In this document: one piece after another, positions 1 to 9,965 of the stretch
Numbering within the stretch: the stretch's first letter is position 1
How the letters are laid out: the number at the start of each line of letters is the position of its first letter
Source of the DNA: a virus
Direction: 5' to 3' (one strand)
Length of the DNA stretch: 64,000 bases
Virus record (IMG/VR): IMGVR_UViG_3300044591_002613
Position numbers and translations under genes: made by a program
Notes under the pieces: generated by a model
The model's input: the letters and a program-made list of their open reading frames with translations, nothing else
Databases searched by the model: none
What the model was told of the DNA's origin: nothing

Positions 1-27
1 CGTAAATAAAATTGCCGAGGAAACAAC

Positions 28-1362
28 ATGACTATTTATGTGGCATTTGACTGTGAAACTACATCATTGCATCACAGAACTCCAGAATCATTAATCAATG
101 CATCATGGGTAATTTTTGATTCTACAAAACTTTCTATCCCTCCCGAAAAACTGCCTCATTATTCTGTTTATGTTAAACAAGATAGATATACAGTAGAGCT
201 AGACACTCTTCTTACCGAAAAACTCCAAACGGTTGATATCTTAAAAAAGATACGTTCTGGTAACGCCGACTATCCAATTGTTTCTTTAGACGAATGGACT
301 AAATATAGTATTGCGTTTATTAAAGAACATACCGCATCAGCTAAAGACTGGAAATTTTTGATTCGTAATCCGTCTTTTGACTGGCATTTTATTCCCCGCG
401 ATATCAAAGAAACTCTCGCTGTGAGCCCCTTCCAAGTAATCGACCCTGCAATGCTGTTTTCAACGTCTTCAGATAAATATGGTTTGCCGTCCATGCAAGT
501 GTGTGCCGAACGAAGTGGAATAAGTGAGATCGTTCCTCATAATGCTTATGAGGATAATCTTTTGATGCTAAAAACTTTTATTTTTGGGCTGCAGAGAAAT
601 AATGAGCAGTTTTCTAAAACAAAAGTTGCCGTTAGCCAGCCGGCAGAGCCTAAAAAGACCACAATTTCTTCTAAAAAAACAGCAAACCCGTTATCACAAA
701 CCGAAGTAATTAAAATTACAGCGGAAAAGCTTAAGCTAAATGTTAATGAAATAAACAAAACTGCTGAAAAGCTAAAGCAAACAGAATCCAGAAAAGATAA
801 ATATGCTCTAGCCAATCAGCTTGAAACCCTTCTGCTGCCAGTATTTGCGGATGGAGCATTTGCAAGAGGTAATGAGCGCAGAGTTTCTATGGACATTGGC
901 TTACCTAATGGTGGTCGCGTAGAAATTAAAAGCGACGGCATTTTTAATGCAGTTTGCCAAGATAAGGTCTATAACGAAGAAGGGAAAGTTACCGATTCAC
1001 CTAATGTATTTATCGAAATGCATAAAGGCGCATCTTCCGGCGGGCAGTCTAAGGCAGGCGGATTTAGACAGGCTGGACACCAGAATACCGAAATTTATGC
1101 AATTTATGGCTATAAATCTAGCTATCTGTTTATCCTCGACACTGATAATGAAGAACTAAGATCTGCCCTTTCTAAGGGCTACTATGGCAATGGCTACCAT
1201 AATGCTAAAAACATCACTGCAAACAGAGGTTATGGAGTGGATTTTAGGACTTTGCTCCAACTTCCAGGAGTTGCGGCGATTGATATCAAAAATATGGTTT
1301 GGCTTAAAAAACCAGAGAGCGAAGTCATTAAATCAAGCCTTAATAAGAAGCTGTTTGTATAA
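28..1362 (+). CDS. DEDDh 3'-5' exonuclease (DnaQ-like) fused via a Lys/Pro linker to a putative PD-(D/E)XK nuclease-like domain
   Basis: N-terminal ExoI motif FDCETT, ExoII-like NPSFD and ExoIII HNAYED. The C-terminal half has MDIGLPNGGRVEIKSD (D..ExK). SD GAGG lies upstream of ATG 28. Confidence 0.7.
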   Translation: MTIYVAFDCETTSLHHRTPESLINASWVIFDSTKLSIPPEKLPHYSVYVKQDRYTVELDTLLTEKLQTVDILKKIRSGNADYPIVSLDEWTKYSIAFIKEHTASAKDWKFLIRNPSFDWHFIPRDIKETLAVSPFQVIDPAMLFSTSSDKYGLPSMQVCAERSGISEIVPHNAYEDNLLMLKTFIFGLQRNNEQFSKTKVAVSQPAEPKKTTISSKKTANPLSQTEVIKITAEKLKLNVNEINKTAEKLKQTESRKDKYALANQLETLLLPVFADGAFARGNERRVSMDIGLPNGGRVEIKSDGIFNAVCQDKVYNEEGKVTDSPNVFIEMHKGASSGGQSKAGGFRQAGHQNTEIYAIYGYKSSYLFILDTDNEELRSALSKGYYGNGYHNAKNITANRGYGVDFRTLLQLPGVAAIDIKNMVWLKKPESEVIKSSLNKKLFV

Positions 1363-1382
1363 GCGTATATTATAATAGTTAC

Positions 1383-2231
1383 ATGAATTTAAAAGAATTA
1401 AATAAAATAGAAAAAGAGCTAAAAATTCTACGCAAGTCCATCCAAGATGTAGTAGAAAAAAGCTCTTTTTCTGATAGAATAAAGGCTGGAATAGTTGGTG
1501 CGTCCACCATGCTTGTTCCTTCTATGCGTACAGAAAATCCCACCAACCAGCCTAAAACTGAAATGCAGGCGCCTAAAACCGAAACACAGACTCCTAAAAA
1601 ACAAAACTATTTCTTTCCACCAGATTCCGAATACTCTTTCCATGAACAAAAAAATCCGTTAAAAACACTCAATCCTCAAGATAAAAAAATCATGGAAAAT
1701 CATCCCCTTAAACCAGGACAAATTTTGCATGATTATAGAGACCCGCGCCATATTCCCGAAGAAGAAGCGATGGAAAAGAAATTTGGTATTCCACACCGCA
1801 TGATTACTGCCATCCGTGTGGCGGGAGAGTTATCTAACTGGAACGAGAGCTCTAAATTTAATACGCGAACTCCATATCAATTTCGAGAATCTTCTAGAAA
1901 TGCATTTTGGAAACGCGATAAAGTCGATGCATATAAAGACACAAAAAGCGCAATTCATGCTACAGCTCTTCATTTAAAAGATAATATCAATCGCATTAAT
2001 AATTGGAAAAAAAATAACGATCCAAGAGTAGCCGGTATGGCAGACACGGAAGAAGAAAAATGGCTATTAGCCGCACGATTATTTAACGGCAGCCTAGAAG
2101 CAGTGCGGTCTGACAATAAAGAAAACAGTGATTATGGGCATCGAATTCAATATGGTTTAAAGATATTACAGAATAATCCAGATGTTCACCACCTAGACAG
2201 CATCATCCAAGAAAAACGAAAACAAAAATAG
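1383..2231 (+). CDS. Lytic transglycosylase (SLT/lysozyme-like) domain protein, probably virion-associated
   Basis: FGIPHRMITAIRVAGELS (putative catalytic E), YQF, AIHATALHL and LAARLFNG follow SLT motifs I-IV. The N-terminus carries LRKS/VEKS motifs. Confidence 0.6.
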   Translation: MNLKELNKIEKELKILRKSIQDVVEKSSFSDRIKAGIVGASTMLVPSMRTENPTNQPKTEMQAPKTETQTPKKQNYFFPPDSEYSFHEQKNPLKTLNPQDKKIMENHPLKPGQILHDYRDPRHIPEEEAMEKKFGIPHRMITAIRVAGELSNWNESSKFNTRTPYQFRESSRNAFWKRDKVDAYKDTKSAIHATALHLKDNINRINNWKKNNDPRVAGMADTEEEKWLLAARLFNGSLEAVRSDNKENSDYGHRIQYGLKILQNNPDVHHLDSIIQEKRKQK

Positions 2232-2234
2232 TAA

Positions 2235-2468
2235 TCACAACGCTCCCTCATACCACATTTTTCCCTTATAACTTCTTCGCTCCCCATTTAAACAGCGGTC
2301 TATACGGTACCGTTTGTAGCCCGCCTTTTCGGCATCATATTTACTTTCAAATGATTCAATTTCTCCGGTAATCATATCTATACAATAAACAGGTTTTCGG
2401 GCGTCTTCGTTATACTTACGTAACGCTGTCCGGACTCTTTTTTTATGTTCTTTTCCCTGAAATTCCAT
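2235..2468 (-). CDS. Stand-alone NUMOD1-like DNA-binding domain protein
   Basis: KPVYCIDMITGEIESFESKYDAEKAG...IDRCLNGERRSYKGKMW matches the NUMOD1/IENR pattern of homing endonucleases. Confidence 0.6.
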   Translation of the reverse strand: MEFQGKEHKKRVRTALRKYNEDARKPVYCIDMITGEIESFESKYDAEKAGYKRYRIDRCLNGERRSYKGKMWYEGAL

Positions 2469-2506
2469 AGGTTGTCTACCATTTTTAATGCAAATATAAC
2501 ATTGTT

Positions 2507-2851
2507 ATGGAAACACAACAAATAAAAAATAACGAAAATAATTACTTATTGTTATCTATCGATAGAGATATTCGTATATACAAGAAAGTAATTCCAAATT
2601 TTAATACAACGCAAACATATTACGCACGATTGTTTACCGATAAACATTTACAAAAATGTCGTTGGGACGACTACATTCTAAGCGAAGCCGAATTATCACA
2701 CTGGATTGTGATGGTTGCAGCCGAAACAAACGACTACTATAGAACAAAAACTGTAAGTGGTCTTGGTGATTTAATTAAATTATTGTCCTCATCTAAAGAT
2801 AAAAGAAAAAAGCATAAATTTATTGTTGATTTTTTGGTTGGAGAGTTATGA
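2507..2851 (+). CDS. Hypothetical protein
   Basis: 114-aa ORF with ATGA overlap into the next gene. Confidence 0.55.
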   Translation: METQQIKNNENNYLLLSIDRDIRIYKKVIPNFNTTQTYYARLFTDKHLQKCRWDDYILSEAELSHWIVMVAAETNDYYRTKTVSGLGDLIKLLSSSKDKRKKHKFIVDFLVGEL

Positions 2852-3885
2852 TCAGTATTAAAACTGCCTACACCTTTGATGACGTTTTGATTGTTCCTAA
2901 ATTTTCTTCAATCAACTCAAGATCATGGGTAGATTTATCCACTACTATTGGTCGCTACACAAAACTCTCCCTCCCAGTTATTTCCGCTAATATGGACACG
3001 ATTACCGGCCATAATATGTGTATAGCGATGCATCAAGCGGGCGGAATCGGCTGTCTTCATCGATTTATGAGTATCGAAGAAAACTGCATTATTGCAGAAA
3101 GTTTGCTTAAACAGAATATTCATTTTTGGGCATCTATAGGTATTGATAAAAACAGTAAAGACCGTCATGATGAATTAAAAAAGCTTGGGGTCAACACTTT
3201 TGTTATCGATGTTGCTCATGCAGCCCAGCAACAAGTGGTTGATTTTTTGATTGATACTGCTTCAGAAAATCCAGAAATTGATTATATTGTAGGCAACTTT
3301 ATTGATATTATGGAGTTTAACAGGGCGCTGGCCTCTGATTATTATATAAATAATTCATTTAATCACCCTAATTTGTATTATCCAAACAATATCATGGCTT
3401 ATAAAATTGGAATTGGGCCAGGATCTGTGTGCGAAACCAGAACTGTAACAGGCTGCGGTTATCCCCAACTATCAGCAATCATGAATAACGAGCCAGACTC
3501 TCACCCATTAATTGCAGATGGTGGTTGCAAAACAAGCGGAGATATTGCCAAAGCCCTAGCGGCAGGTGCAAGAGCAGTCATGATTGGCGGCATGCTGGCA
3601 GGATCTTCGGCTTGCGAACGCCCCTATGAGTTTCGTGGCTCGGCTAGCCTCAGTTCTTATAAAGACCAACATAAAGAAGCCAGCCACAGGGCTCCAGAAG
3701 GATCTTCGCATACGATTTCATCGATTGTAGAAACACAATCCATACTGCAACAAATTAATGGCGGGCTTAGATCAGCTTTTTCTTATTGTGGAGCACAAAA
3801 CTTGGAAGAATTTCAGCAAAATGCTGAATTTGTTTTAGTTACCGCAAACGGAGTGAAAGAAAACGGTACTCATTTTAGAAAATAA
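2848..3885 (+). CDS. IMP dehydrogenase / GMP reductase family protein (no CBS domains)
   Basis: [20 protein letters not shown], catalytic loop [26 protein letters not shown] and GGLRSAFSY. Confidence 0.9.
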   Translation: MISIKTAYTFDDVLIVPKFSSINSRSWVDLSTTIGRYTKLSLPVISANMDTITGHNMCIAMHQAGGIGCLHRFMSIEENCIIAESLLKQNIHFWASIGIDKNSKDRHDELKKLGVNTFVIDVAHAAQQQVVDFLIDTASENPEIDYIVGNFIDIMEFNRALASDYYINNSFNHPNLYYPNNIMAYKIGIGPGSVCETRTVTGCGYPQLSAIMNNEPDSHPLIADGGCKTSGDIAKALAAGARAVMIGGMLAGSSACERPYEFRGSASLSSYKDQHKEASHRAPEGSSHTISSIVETQSILQQINGGLRSAFSYCGAQNLEEFQQNAEFVLVTANGVKENGTHFRK

Positions 3886-3917
3886 AATGTTCAATTCTTA
3901 TTAAGAAAGCCTTAACC

Positions 3918-4268
3918 GTGTATTATCTACAATTAGCAACTTCTATTTGTCTTGCATATATACAAAATATTGACGCGGCTGGATTTCTTTCAATCTTTAA
4001 AAAAGAAAATTCTCGTCTTTTTGTATTAAATCGTGACGATTGTGTATGGGTAGATCAAACACAAGAAGTAATTAATCTTTATAACGCATTATTTATATTA
4101 AAAGCCGGAGCAATTTCAATTTCTTTTGATGATTTTATAGATGAATACATGGAACGTAATGACTTATATTTCCTGACATCTAAGTGCGAAAGCCTAGATC
4201 ATGCCTACGAAAAATTAGCGGGCGGCAGTTATAATTCACTCGCAGAAGCACTGCTTGCCGCAATTTAG
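3918..4268 (+). CDS. Hypothetical protein
   Basis: 116-aa ORF filling the gap before the terminator. Confidence 0.5.
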   Translation: MYYLQLATSICLAYIQNIDAAGFLSIFKKENSRLFVLNRDDCVWVDQTQEVINLYNALFILKAGAISISFDDFIDEYMERNDLYFLTSKCESLDHAYEKLAGGSYNSLAEALLAAI

Positions 4269-4270
4269 GC

Positions 4271-4305
4271 AACAAAAAAGGCCGGGTTTCCCCGGCCTTC
4301 TTGTT
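4271..4305 (-). terminator. Rho-independent terminator of the capsid gene (probably bidirectional)
   Basis: AAGGCCGGG-TTTC-CCCGGCCTT hairpin flanked by an A-run and TTCTTGTT, between convergent genes. Confidence 0.85.
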
Positions 4306-4316
4306 AAAGCGTCTTA

Positions 4317-5822
4317 TCAGACGCTTCCATAGGTCTCGTCATTGAGCTCATGGTAGACGTTATCAAGGAGGCCGTGATGACGTACATGCTCAAGAACAAC
4401 TGCGAGGTAGCTTACATAAAGAGTTTCTTCAACAAGACCACGAAGGCCGAGTTTCATCTTTGAAAGCATTTCGCCAAGAACCGCAAGCTTAGCACGGAAC
4501 TGAGCTTTTGGTAGGAACACAACGCTGTCAAGGCCAGGAAGGATAGCTTGTGCGTCAACTGCTGTGGTTGAACCAGCGCGAGCAGCAATTACGCGACCGC
4601 AAGCTTTCCATGTACCAGAAGCGCCGCCAACCGCAGTGCGGAATAGAGCAAACTCTTCAGCGCCAGGAACAGCACCGATTGTAAGTTGAACTTTGTTACC
4701 ATCAGCAGCGATAGTTACAGAAACTTCAGCTGAAGGCATTGAAATGCCGTGGATGTTAACAGCTTGGACAACATACTTAACAACATCGCCAGCCTTGAAT
4801 GATGTATTACCAGCAACTTGAGCAGTTCCTGAAATAACAGGAGTTGCGATTGTACCGCTGGAGCTCATTACAGGCTCTGGGTAAGCGCGAGTATATTTGA
4901 ATACAGAAGGAATGAAGTCAACTGTACCAACAACTGTTTGGAGTGGGAAACCAGACTTAGCTTCAGCTTCAACGTTTGCACCACGGATAGCGTAAGCTGC
5001 GCCAAGATCACCGCGCTCGAATGGGAAGAATGTAGCACGGAAGTGAACAAGTTGGTCAACCGTACAGTGAGCTTCAACGATACGACCACGGTTCTCGCGA
5101 ACTGCAGAAACAAGCTTGTCAACTTGGCCCCTGGTAAGGACTTGACCCTTAGCATCAGCAAAAGTTACACGGTTGTTACCGTAGCCAACGAAGTCACCGA
5201 TGATACCGCGAGCAGACTTGTTGCCTTCACGGATTTGAGCTTGGATACCGCGTGGCATACGCATAGGAGCGTTCGGGTTAGCAGCAAGAGTGCTGTCGAT
5301 CTCACCGTTTTGGTCGAGATACATGTCGCCACCGATGTACATTGCACGCTCAAGACCTTCAGCCATTGACATAGCTGCGTTCTTGTCATTTTCTGCTTCG
5401 AGGTCGAGCATATAGCCGCCAGCAGAGTTAACAGTTTGTGCAAGGTGGGTAATTGTTTTACGAATACCTTGAACGCGAAGGACTTCAGCAACGCGCATGT
5501 ATTGTGAAACATCTTCTTGTGGAAGGAATGTTTCGACGCCCCATGTGTCGATACCGCTACGGACTGCTGTCTTAACTACATAGCTATATGTAGTTTGAGT
5601 AGCTTTGAGAGTTTGAACGTTTTTGGTCAAGAGGAAGTCTTCGTCCTCAAGAGTCAATGAACGCACGGTAGGCTCAAGGCTATCAATAGCAATTGCAGAA
5701 GTACCAGTTCTTCCTGCGTTGTTGAGACCAGGGAAGCCAGCAGCGAAAGACTTGTTAAGGCTCTCTAGCTTCTGAGCGATCATTTGAAGCTCTTGCTGAT
5801 TAAGTGGACTAAAACCTGACAT
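4317..5822 (-). CDS. Major capsid protein, Twort/SPO1 (Herelleviridae)-like, with an Ig/FN3-like insertion
   Basis: N-terminus LNKSFAAG...AIAIDSLEPTVRSLT resembles the K/A511 capsid pattern (KSF.TG...AL..E.L...I..LT). It also has LERAMYIGG and a YVVQAVNIHGISMPS FN3-like insert, with strong codon bias. ATG 5822 lies 6 nt after SD GAGGTG. Confidence 0.85.
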   Translation of the reverse strand: MSGFSPLNQQELQMIAQKLESLNKSFAAGFPGLNNAGRTGTSAIAIDSLEPTVRSLTLEDEDFLLTKNVQTLKATQTTYSYVVKTAVRSGIDTWGVETFLPQEDVSQYMRVAEVLRVQGIRKTITHLAQTVNSAGGYMLDLEAENDKNAAMSMAEGLERAMYIGGDMYLDQNGEIDSTLAANPNAPMRMPRGIQAQIREGNKSARGIIGDFVGYGNNRVTFADAKGQVLTRGQVDKLVSAVRENRGRIVEAHCTVDQLVHFRATFFPFERGDLGAAYAIRGANVEAEAKSGFPLQTVVGTVDFIPSVFKYTRAYPEPVMSSSGTIATPVISGTAQVAGNTSFKAGDVVKYVVQAVNIHGISMPSAEVSVTIAADGNKVQLTIGAVPGAEEFALFRTAVGGASGTWKACGRVIAARAGSTTAVDAQAILPGLDSVVFLPKAQFRAKLAVLGEMLSKMKLGLRGLVEETLYVSYLAVVLEHVRHHGLLDNVYHELNDETYGSV

Positions 5823-5862
5823 ACATAACACCTCTTAAAGAGTTAAACAAATTTCTTATACA

Positions 5863-5910
5863 ATTCTACACCAAAAAGCTTAAACTCATGGAGTTAAAGT
5901 AATTATACAC
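5863..5910 (-). promoter_or_regulatory. Candidate late promoter boxes GTGTATAAT (5902-5910) and GTGTAGAAT (5863-5871) upstream of the capsid gene
   Basis: The same 9-mer occurs upstream of two other putative virion genes (14663-14671 minus; 35944-35952 plus). Confidence 0.5.
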
Positions 5911-6092
5911 ACAGATTCATAAACAAAAAAAGTGACAATTTAATTAAATGTCCAGTTTTTTTAAATAAAATGACATTCGATGTTAAATATCTAATATAAT
6001 TAGATTTTATCCATACAAATATTATAAAATGAGATTGTTTAGCATTAGCAATAAATAATTCATGAGTAATGTTTATTATTGATAAATAAGCT

Positions 6093-6386
6093 TTAAATGT
6101 GATTCATGAGCTTTGATGAAAGCTTTTTTTGACCGCATTTTTCTAAAAAATGAATGGTATCTTCTAAAGATAAGAAGTCATCTGAAAGCGCCACCAAGTT
6201 AACTAGCATAGAAGGATAGGTTGGTAACCAGAGATCAAATTGCCCTATTGTACTCGACAGCTCAGACAAATACAAAATTTCTAAGGTGTCTGTGTTAAGT
6301 CTATGCACCATCCAAAACTCTACTTCATAGGCATCCATGGTTTTATTAAAATTTAATTTTTGATAAACTTTATATAAATAATTCAT
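6093..6386 (-). CDS. Hypothetical protein
   Basis: 97-aa ORF coupled (ATGA) to the upstream ORF in the primase operon. Confidence 0.5.
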   Translation of the reverse strand: MNYLYKVYQKLNFNKTMDAYEVEFWMVHRLNTDTLEILYLSELSSTIGQFDLWLPTYPSMLVNLVALSDDFLSLEDTIHFLEKCGQKKLSSKLMNHI

Positions 6387-6622
6387 GGTATTGAATTTGG
6401 AAGCCCGTTGTTGTAAAGAAAGTTTTTTATTTCATTTTTACCAAGCCATTCGCTGATGGCTACAGTTTTACTAGACAGTTCATCCCATGGTGACACGACA
6501 AACCATTCTGATTCGCCAATTTTTCGCATTTCTAGTGCAGAATTAGCACTTAGGTCCATTCTTGCGATGTAGTGTTCGGTATCATTCTTGCGCACTTGGT
6601 AAATAAAACGTTGTTGGTTCAT
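6383..6622 (-). CDS. Hypothetical protein
   Basis: 79-aa ORF with ATGA overlap with the primase stop. Confidence 0.55.
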   Translation of the reverse strand: MNQQRFIYQVRKNDTEHYIARMDLSANSALEMRKIGESEWFVVSPWDELSSKTVAISEWLGKNEIKNFLYNNGLPNSIP

Positions 6623-7719
6623 TTTTTATCCTGCTCTGTTAAATCTTTTAACATTTTGTTCATTTTTTTTGCTTTTTGTTGTTCAAAAATATCATCTATT
6701 CTTAATACGTTTGGAGTCCACCAATGTTTTGATTCTACCAAACCTGTAATTTTTAGCAATTTATCTTGTGTTTCAAGATCTAATCCTGAATATTTGACTA
6801 GCATAGAATTGAAATCCTCCGTTTCAATCCTAGGAACTACGCGTTCATACTTCACACCATAAAAATCTAAGAACCTAGCTAGCTTGCAAGAGCCATTTTC
6901 ACCAGCTTCATCGGGGTCTAGACCAATATATATCTTTGGATTATCTGGATTTTGTTCCATAGCCATCATTGCAATCTGTCTAGCTTGAGATGCGGATATT
7001 TGTGCGCCCATTGTTGCTACGCCGTAATAACCAAACCAGACTGCCGAAATAGCGTCAAATGGACCCTCGACGACACAAATTGGATCACTAACCTCCCCGA
7101 ATTTGACAAATGCATGGGCTTTTGGCAAATTTGCGTCAGTATGCACTTTTATTCTTGCATCTGGTGAAATAAAACGTTTTTGAAAACCAACTAAAGTGTC
7201 AAAACAATAAATAGGGAATGCGACTGCTCTAGCAAACGGATCAATAAATACTTCATGCGTTAAATCGCCAACAACACCGCGTTTCCTAGCATAAATAGAC
7301 GCAGGGTTGCTTGGCCAATCATACACTTTATGAAATGTTTCCGGGACCGAACAGTGTTGTAGTTTTAAAGTTTCGTGCGGTTGATTAATCGGTGTGTGCG
7401 GCATAGGCTGATCTAGGTCAAACATACCCGCATTTGGTTTCGATATTTGTCGTCCAAATAGCTCAGAACGAATTTTTTTATAACTATCGGCACCACAATC
7501 AACAAGATATTTAAGCAGGGAGAACTTTGCACCACAAACCCAGCATTGACCAAACACTTTAGTTTCGTCGTCTTCAGGTTTTAGCAGCCAGACAGAATAC
7601 TTACTTTTGCCGCAGCTAGGACAAAACTTCAAAATCAAAGATCTGCGATTGGCCTTATAATCAATCGCATATTTATCTAGGATGTTTATAATTGCCGTTT
7701 CAGTATGATGTGAGCTCAA
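6619..7719 (-). CDS. DNA primase (Zn finger + TOPRIM)
   Basis: CPSC...CWVC zinc finger. TOPRIM motifs VVEGPFDA and GLDPDEAG, then EDFN. Confidence 0.85.
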   Translation of the reverse strand: MSSHHTETAIINILDKYAIDYKANRRSLILKFCPSCGKSKYSVWLLKPEDDETKVFGQCWVCGAKFSLLKYLVDCGADSYKKIRSELFGRQISKPNAGMFDLDQPMPHTPINQPHETLKLQHCSVPETFHKVYDWPSNPASIYARKRGVVGDLTHEVFIDPFARAVAFPIYCFDTLVGFQKRFISPDARIKVHTDANLPKAHAFVKFGEVSDPICVVEGPFDAISAVWFGYYGVATMGAQISASQARQIAMMAMEQNPDNPKIYIGLDPDEAGENGSCKLARFLDFYGVKYERVVPRIETEDFNSMLVKYSGLDLETQDKLLKITGLVESKHWWTPNVLRIDDIFEQQKAKKMNKMLKDLTEQDKK

Positions 7720-8227
7720 AGTTTGGTCGCTCCCGCCTTGTCCACCGTGGAATAGTCTTAGTAGAAAGTTCGCCTTTTTTCCACTTGTCCACTAGTGTTT
7801 TCTTGTATGCAACTAGAGTATCTTCGATATCTTGGTGCAATGAACAGTTTGCAAAAGGCGTAAGTTCACCGACTGGCCACAAGTTTCTAGCAGATTGGAT
7901 GCGCTGTAAGTTAATAGGATCAACAAAAGGTGGCTTATTAAAGCGATGTTCGTATTCTGCCATCATTTCTTGTAGATAAATAAACATCCAGTCAAAATTT
8001 CCAACCGATTTTTGTAGCCACAAGGTTACCGGGTGCTTAGTGTGTGAGTTTTTTGACTTATACGGCAGACCAGTTTCTTTTGAAATTGGATAGTAAGAGT
8101 CGGGAATTTCCAAGTTGTTCATGGCATATGCAAACAACTGTAAAGTTTCAACCGTCATTTTTACCAAACGACGGTCATCAAGAGCTTGAGCGCTTTCTTT
8201 TTGGTTACCAACAACAAATAAATTCAT
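7700..8227 (-). CDS. Pyrimidine-dimer DNA glycosylase / endonuclease V-like family protein
   Basis: MNLF...AQALDDRRLVKMTVETLQL...HTKHPVTLW...EYEHRF...WTRRERP. Start placed at the ATG after GGAGG. Confidence 0.7.
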   Translation of the reverse strand: MNLFVVGNQKESAQALDDRRLVKMTVETLQLFAYAMNNLEIPDSYYPISKETGLPYKSKNSHTKHPVTLWLQKSVGNFDWMFIYLQEMMAEYEHRFNKPPFVDPINLQRIQSARNLWPVGELTPFANCSLHQDIEDTLVAYKKTLVDKWKKGELSTKTIPRWTRRERPNFELTSY

Positions 8228-8269
8228 AACACCCTCCACGACAATAATGCCAAATTGAGGGTATTATGA

Positions 8270-9937
8270 CTACCCCTCGCAGCTTTTGCAAGCCTCAGCT
8301 TTTTCAGCTTTAATACCAGCCATCGATCTTACGTAATACAAAGATTTAATGTTTGGCATTAAGGCAGCCTCTTTGTGGATTTTATGAATCCACTCAGGAC
8401 TTTCATTAGCATCAAAGAATAAATTCAAGGACTGCGCTTGGCAAATATACTTTTGCCTTTGATTAGCTTGAAAAATAATTTCTTTTTGGTTAATTTCGTA
8501 AGCAGTTTTAAATACTTCTTTAGCTTCTTCGCTAATACCAATGATATCTGAAACACTGCCGTTATTATCAATAATTTTTTCCCAAACGTCGTCAGTGTTT
8601 AGTCCCAGTTTATCTAGATATTGCTCGAGAGTAGGGTTCTTTCTAATGAAAGTGCCTTTAGCCGTTTTTTGTACATAAGCATTAGCTACAATTGGTTCGA
8701 TACCTTGCGAAACGCCGCCTGAAATAATCGCATTTGATGTAGTAGGAGCGATTGCAAGCAAATGTGTGTTGCGAACACCAAACTTTTTACACCACTCAGG
8801 CTCGCCTAGCTCTTGTGCCATCCACTCGGTAGCTTTTTGTGCTTCATTTTTAATGTATTTAGCCCAAGTATGGTTAAAAATTCTTGCTTGGAGGCTATCA
8901 AACGGAATCATATTGTGTTGTAGATATGTATGATATCCCAATACACCTAAGCCTAGTGCCCTTGACTTTTGTGCAAAACGTACAGCAGCTTCAATTCCGC
9001 GAATTTTAGAAGCCTTACGAATAAACTCTTCCATTACGCAGTCAAGAAATACTGTTGCCACAAATACTGCATTGGTATCTTTCCATTCATCCCATTTTGC
9101 AAGGTTCATAGACGACAAACAGCAAACAAAGGAGTGGTTTGCATCAGAGTGCAAAACAATTTCTGAGCAGAGGTTGCTGGCCTTAACGCTTAAATTGTTT
9201 TTTGCATACATTGGAGGATTTTGTTTATTAACCCTGTCGATAAACAAGATATAAGGTTCGCCAGTTTCCATTCTTGCCTTGAGCAATTTGAACCAACGAC
9301 GGAGCGCTTCTTGGTCTCCGTTTTCGCATTTTTGCAAAAAAGCATCAGTAATAGTTACGCCAAGATGGATTCCGTCCAAATGTTTTCTTACATCAACAAA
9401 TTCATCAAAATCATCATGATCGATTGGAATATATGTGGCATGTTGGCCACGACGAATACCGTTTTGGGATACTTGGTTAACAGTTGTGCGCAACACTTCA
9501 ACCCAACTAGTAGTGCCGTTGCTAGAACCGCCGCCGTTAATCAAAGAGCCTCGCCCACGCACGTCACCAAGGAAGCTGGAGGTACCACCGCCATGCTTAC
9601 TAAGAACTGCGACTTCAAGGTTTTTATCAAAGATGGAATAAATACTGTCGTCGACATAGCTGCCAAAACAACTGATAGGCAATCCACGATCAGCGCCAAA
9701 ATTTGATGCAACTGGAGTAGCAAGGCAAAGCCAGTTATTCCAGATAACGTTAAAGAAATCTTCTTCCCATTTCTTTTGATCATTAGGCAAATACGAAGCG
9801 GCAGCCTTAGCAACACGCCTATACATACCTTTTGGCGTTTCACCTGGGAGTAAATATCCCTTAGATAGGGTGATAAATCCTTCTTCAGTAAGCCATTGGG
9901 GAGCTTCAAGGGAAGACTTCAGGTCTTTTAGTTTCAT
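8270..9937 (-). CDS. nrdA: Ribonucleoside-diphosphate reductase class Ia, alpha subunit
   Basis: ATPVASN, PISCF, GGGTS, ASNLCSEI, VCCLSSMNL, AIAPTTSNA, SLYY and the C-terminal CKSCEG. Confidence 0.95.
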   Translation of the reverse strand: MKLKDLKSSLEAPQWLTEEGFITLSKGYLLPGETPKGMYRRVAKAAASYLPNDQKKWEEDFFNVIWNNWLCLATPVASNFGADRGLPISCFGSYVDDSIYSIFDKNLEVAVLSKHGGGTSSFLGDVRGRGSLINGGGSSNGTTSWVEVLRTTVNQVSQNGIRRGQHATYIPIDHDDFDEFVDVRKHLDGIHLGVTITDAFLQKCENGDQEALRRWFKLLKARMETGEPYILFIDRVNKQNPPMYAKNNLSVKASNLCSEIVLHSDANHSFVCCLSSMNLAKWDEWKDTNAVFVATVFLDCVMEEFIRKASKIRGIEAAVRFAQKSRALGLGVLGYHTYLQHNMIPFDSLQARIFNHTWAKYIKNEAQKATEWMAQELGEPEWCKKFGVRNTHLLAIAPTTSNAIISGGVSQGIEPIVANAYVQKTAKGTFIRKNPTLEQYLDKLGLNTDDVWEKIIDNNGSVSDIIGISEEAKEVFKTAYEINQKEIIFQANQRQKYICQAQSLNLFFDANESPEWIHKIHKEAALMPNIKSLYYVRSMAGIKAEKAEACKSCEG

Positions 9938-9965
9938 GATTTATATTCTCTTGTAGGGGTGATGC

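Noticed and set aside
4868-5512. Alternative-frame and antisense ORFs inside the capsid gene (4868-5161, 4938-5369, 5165-5512)
   Set aside because: Shadow ORFs caused by strong codon bias; no RBS or recognisable motifs.
5911-6092. AT-rich spacer as replication origin or RNA gene
   Set aside because: No iterons, cloverleaf or convincing stable structure seen.
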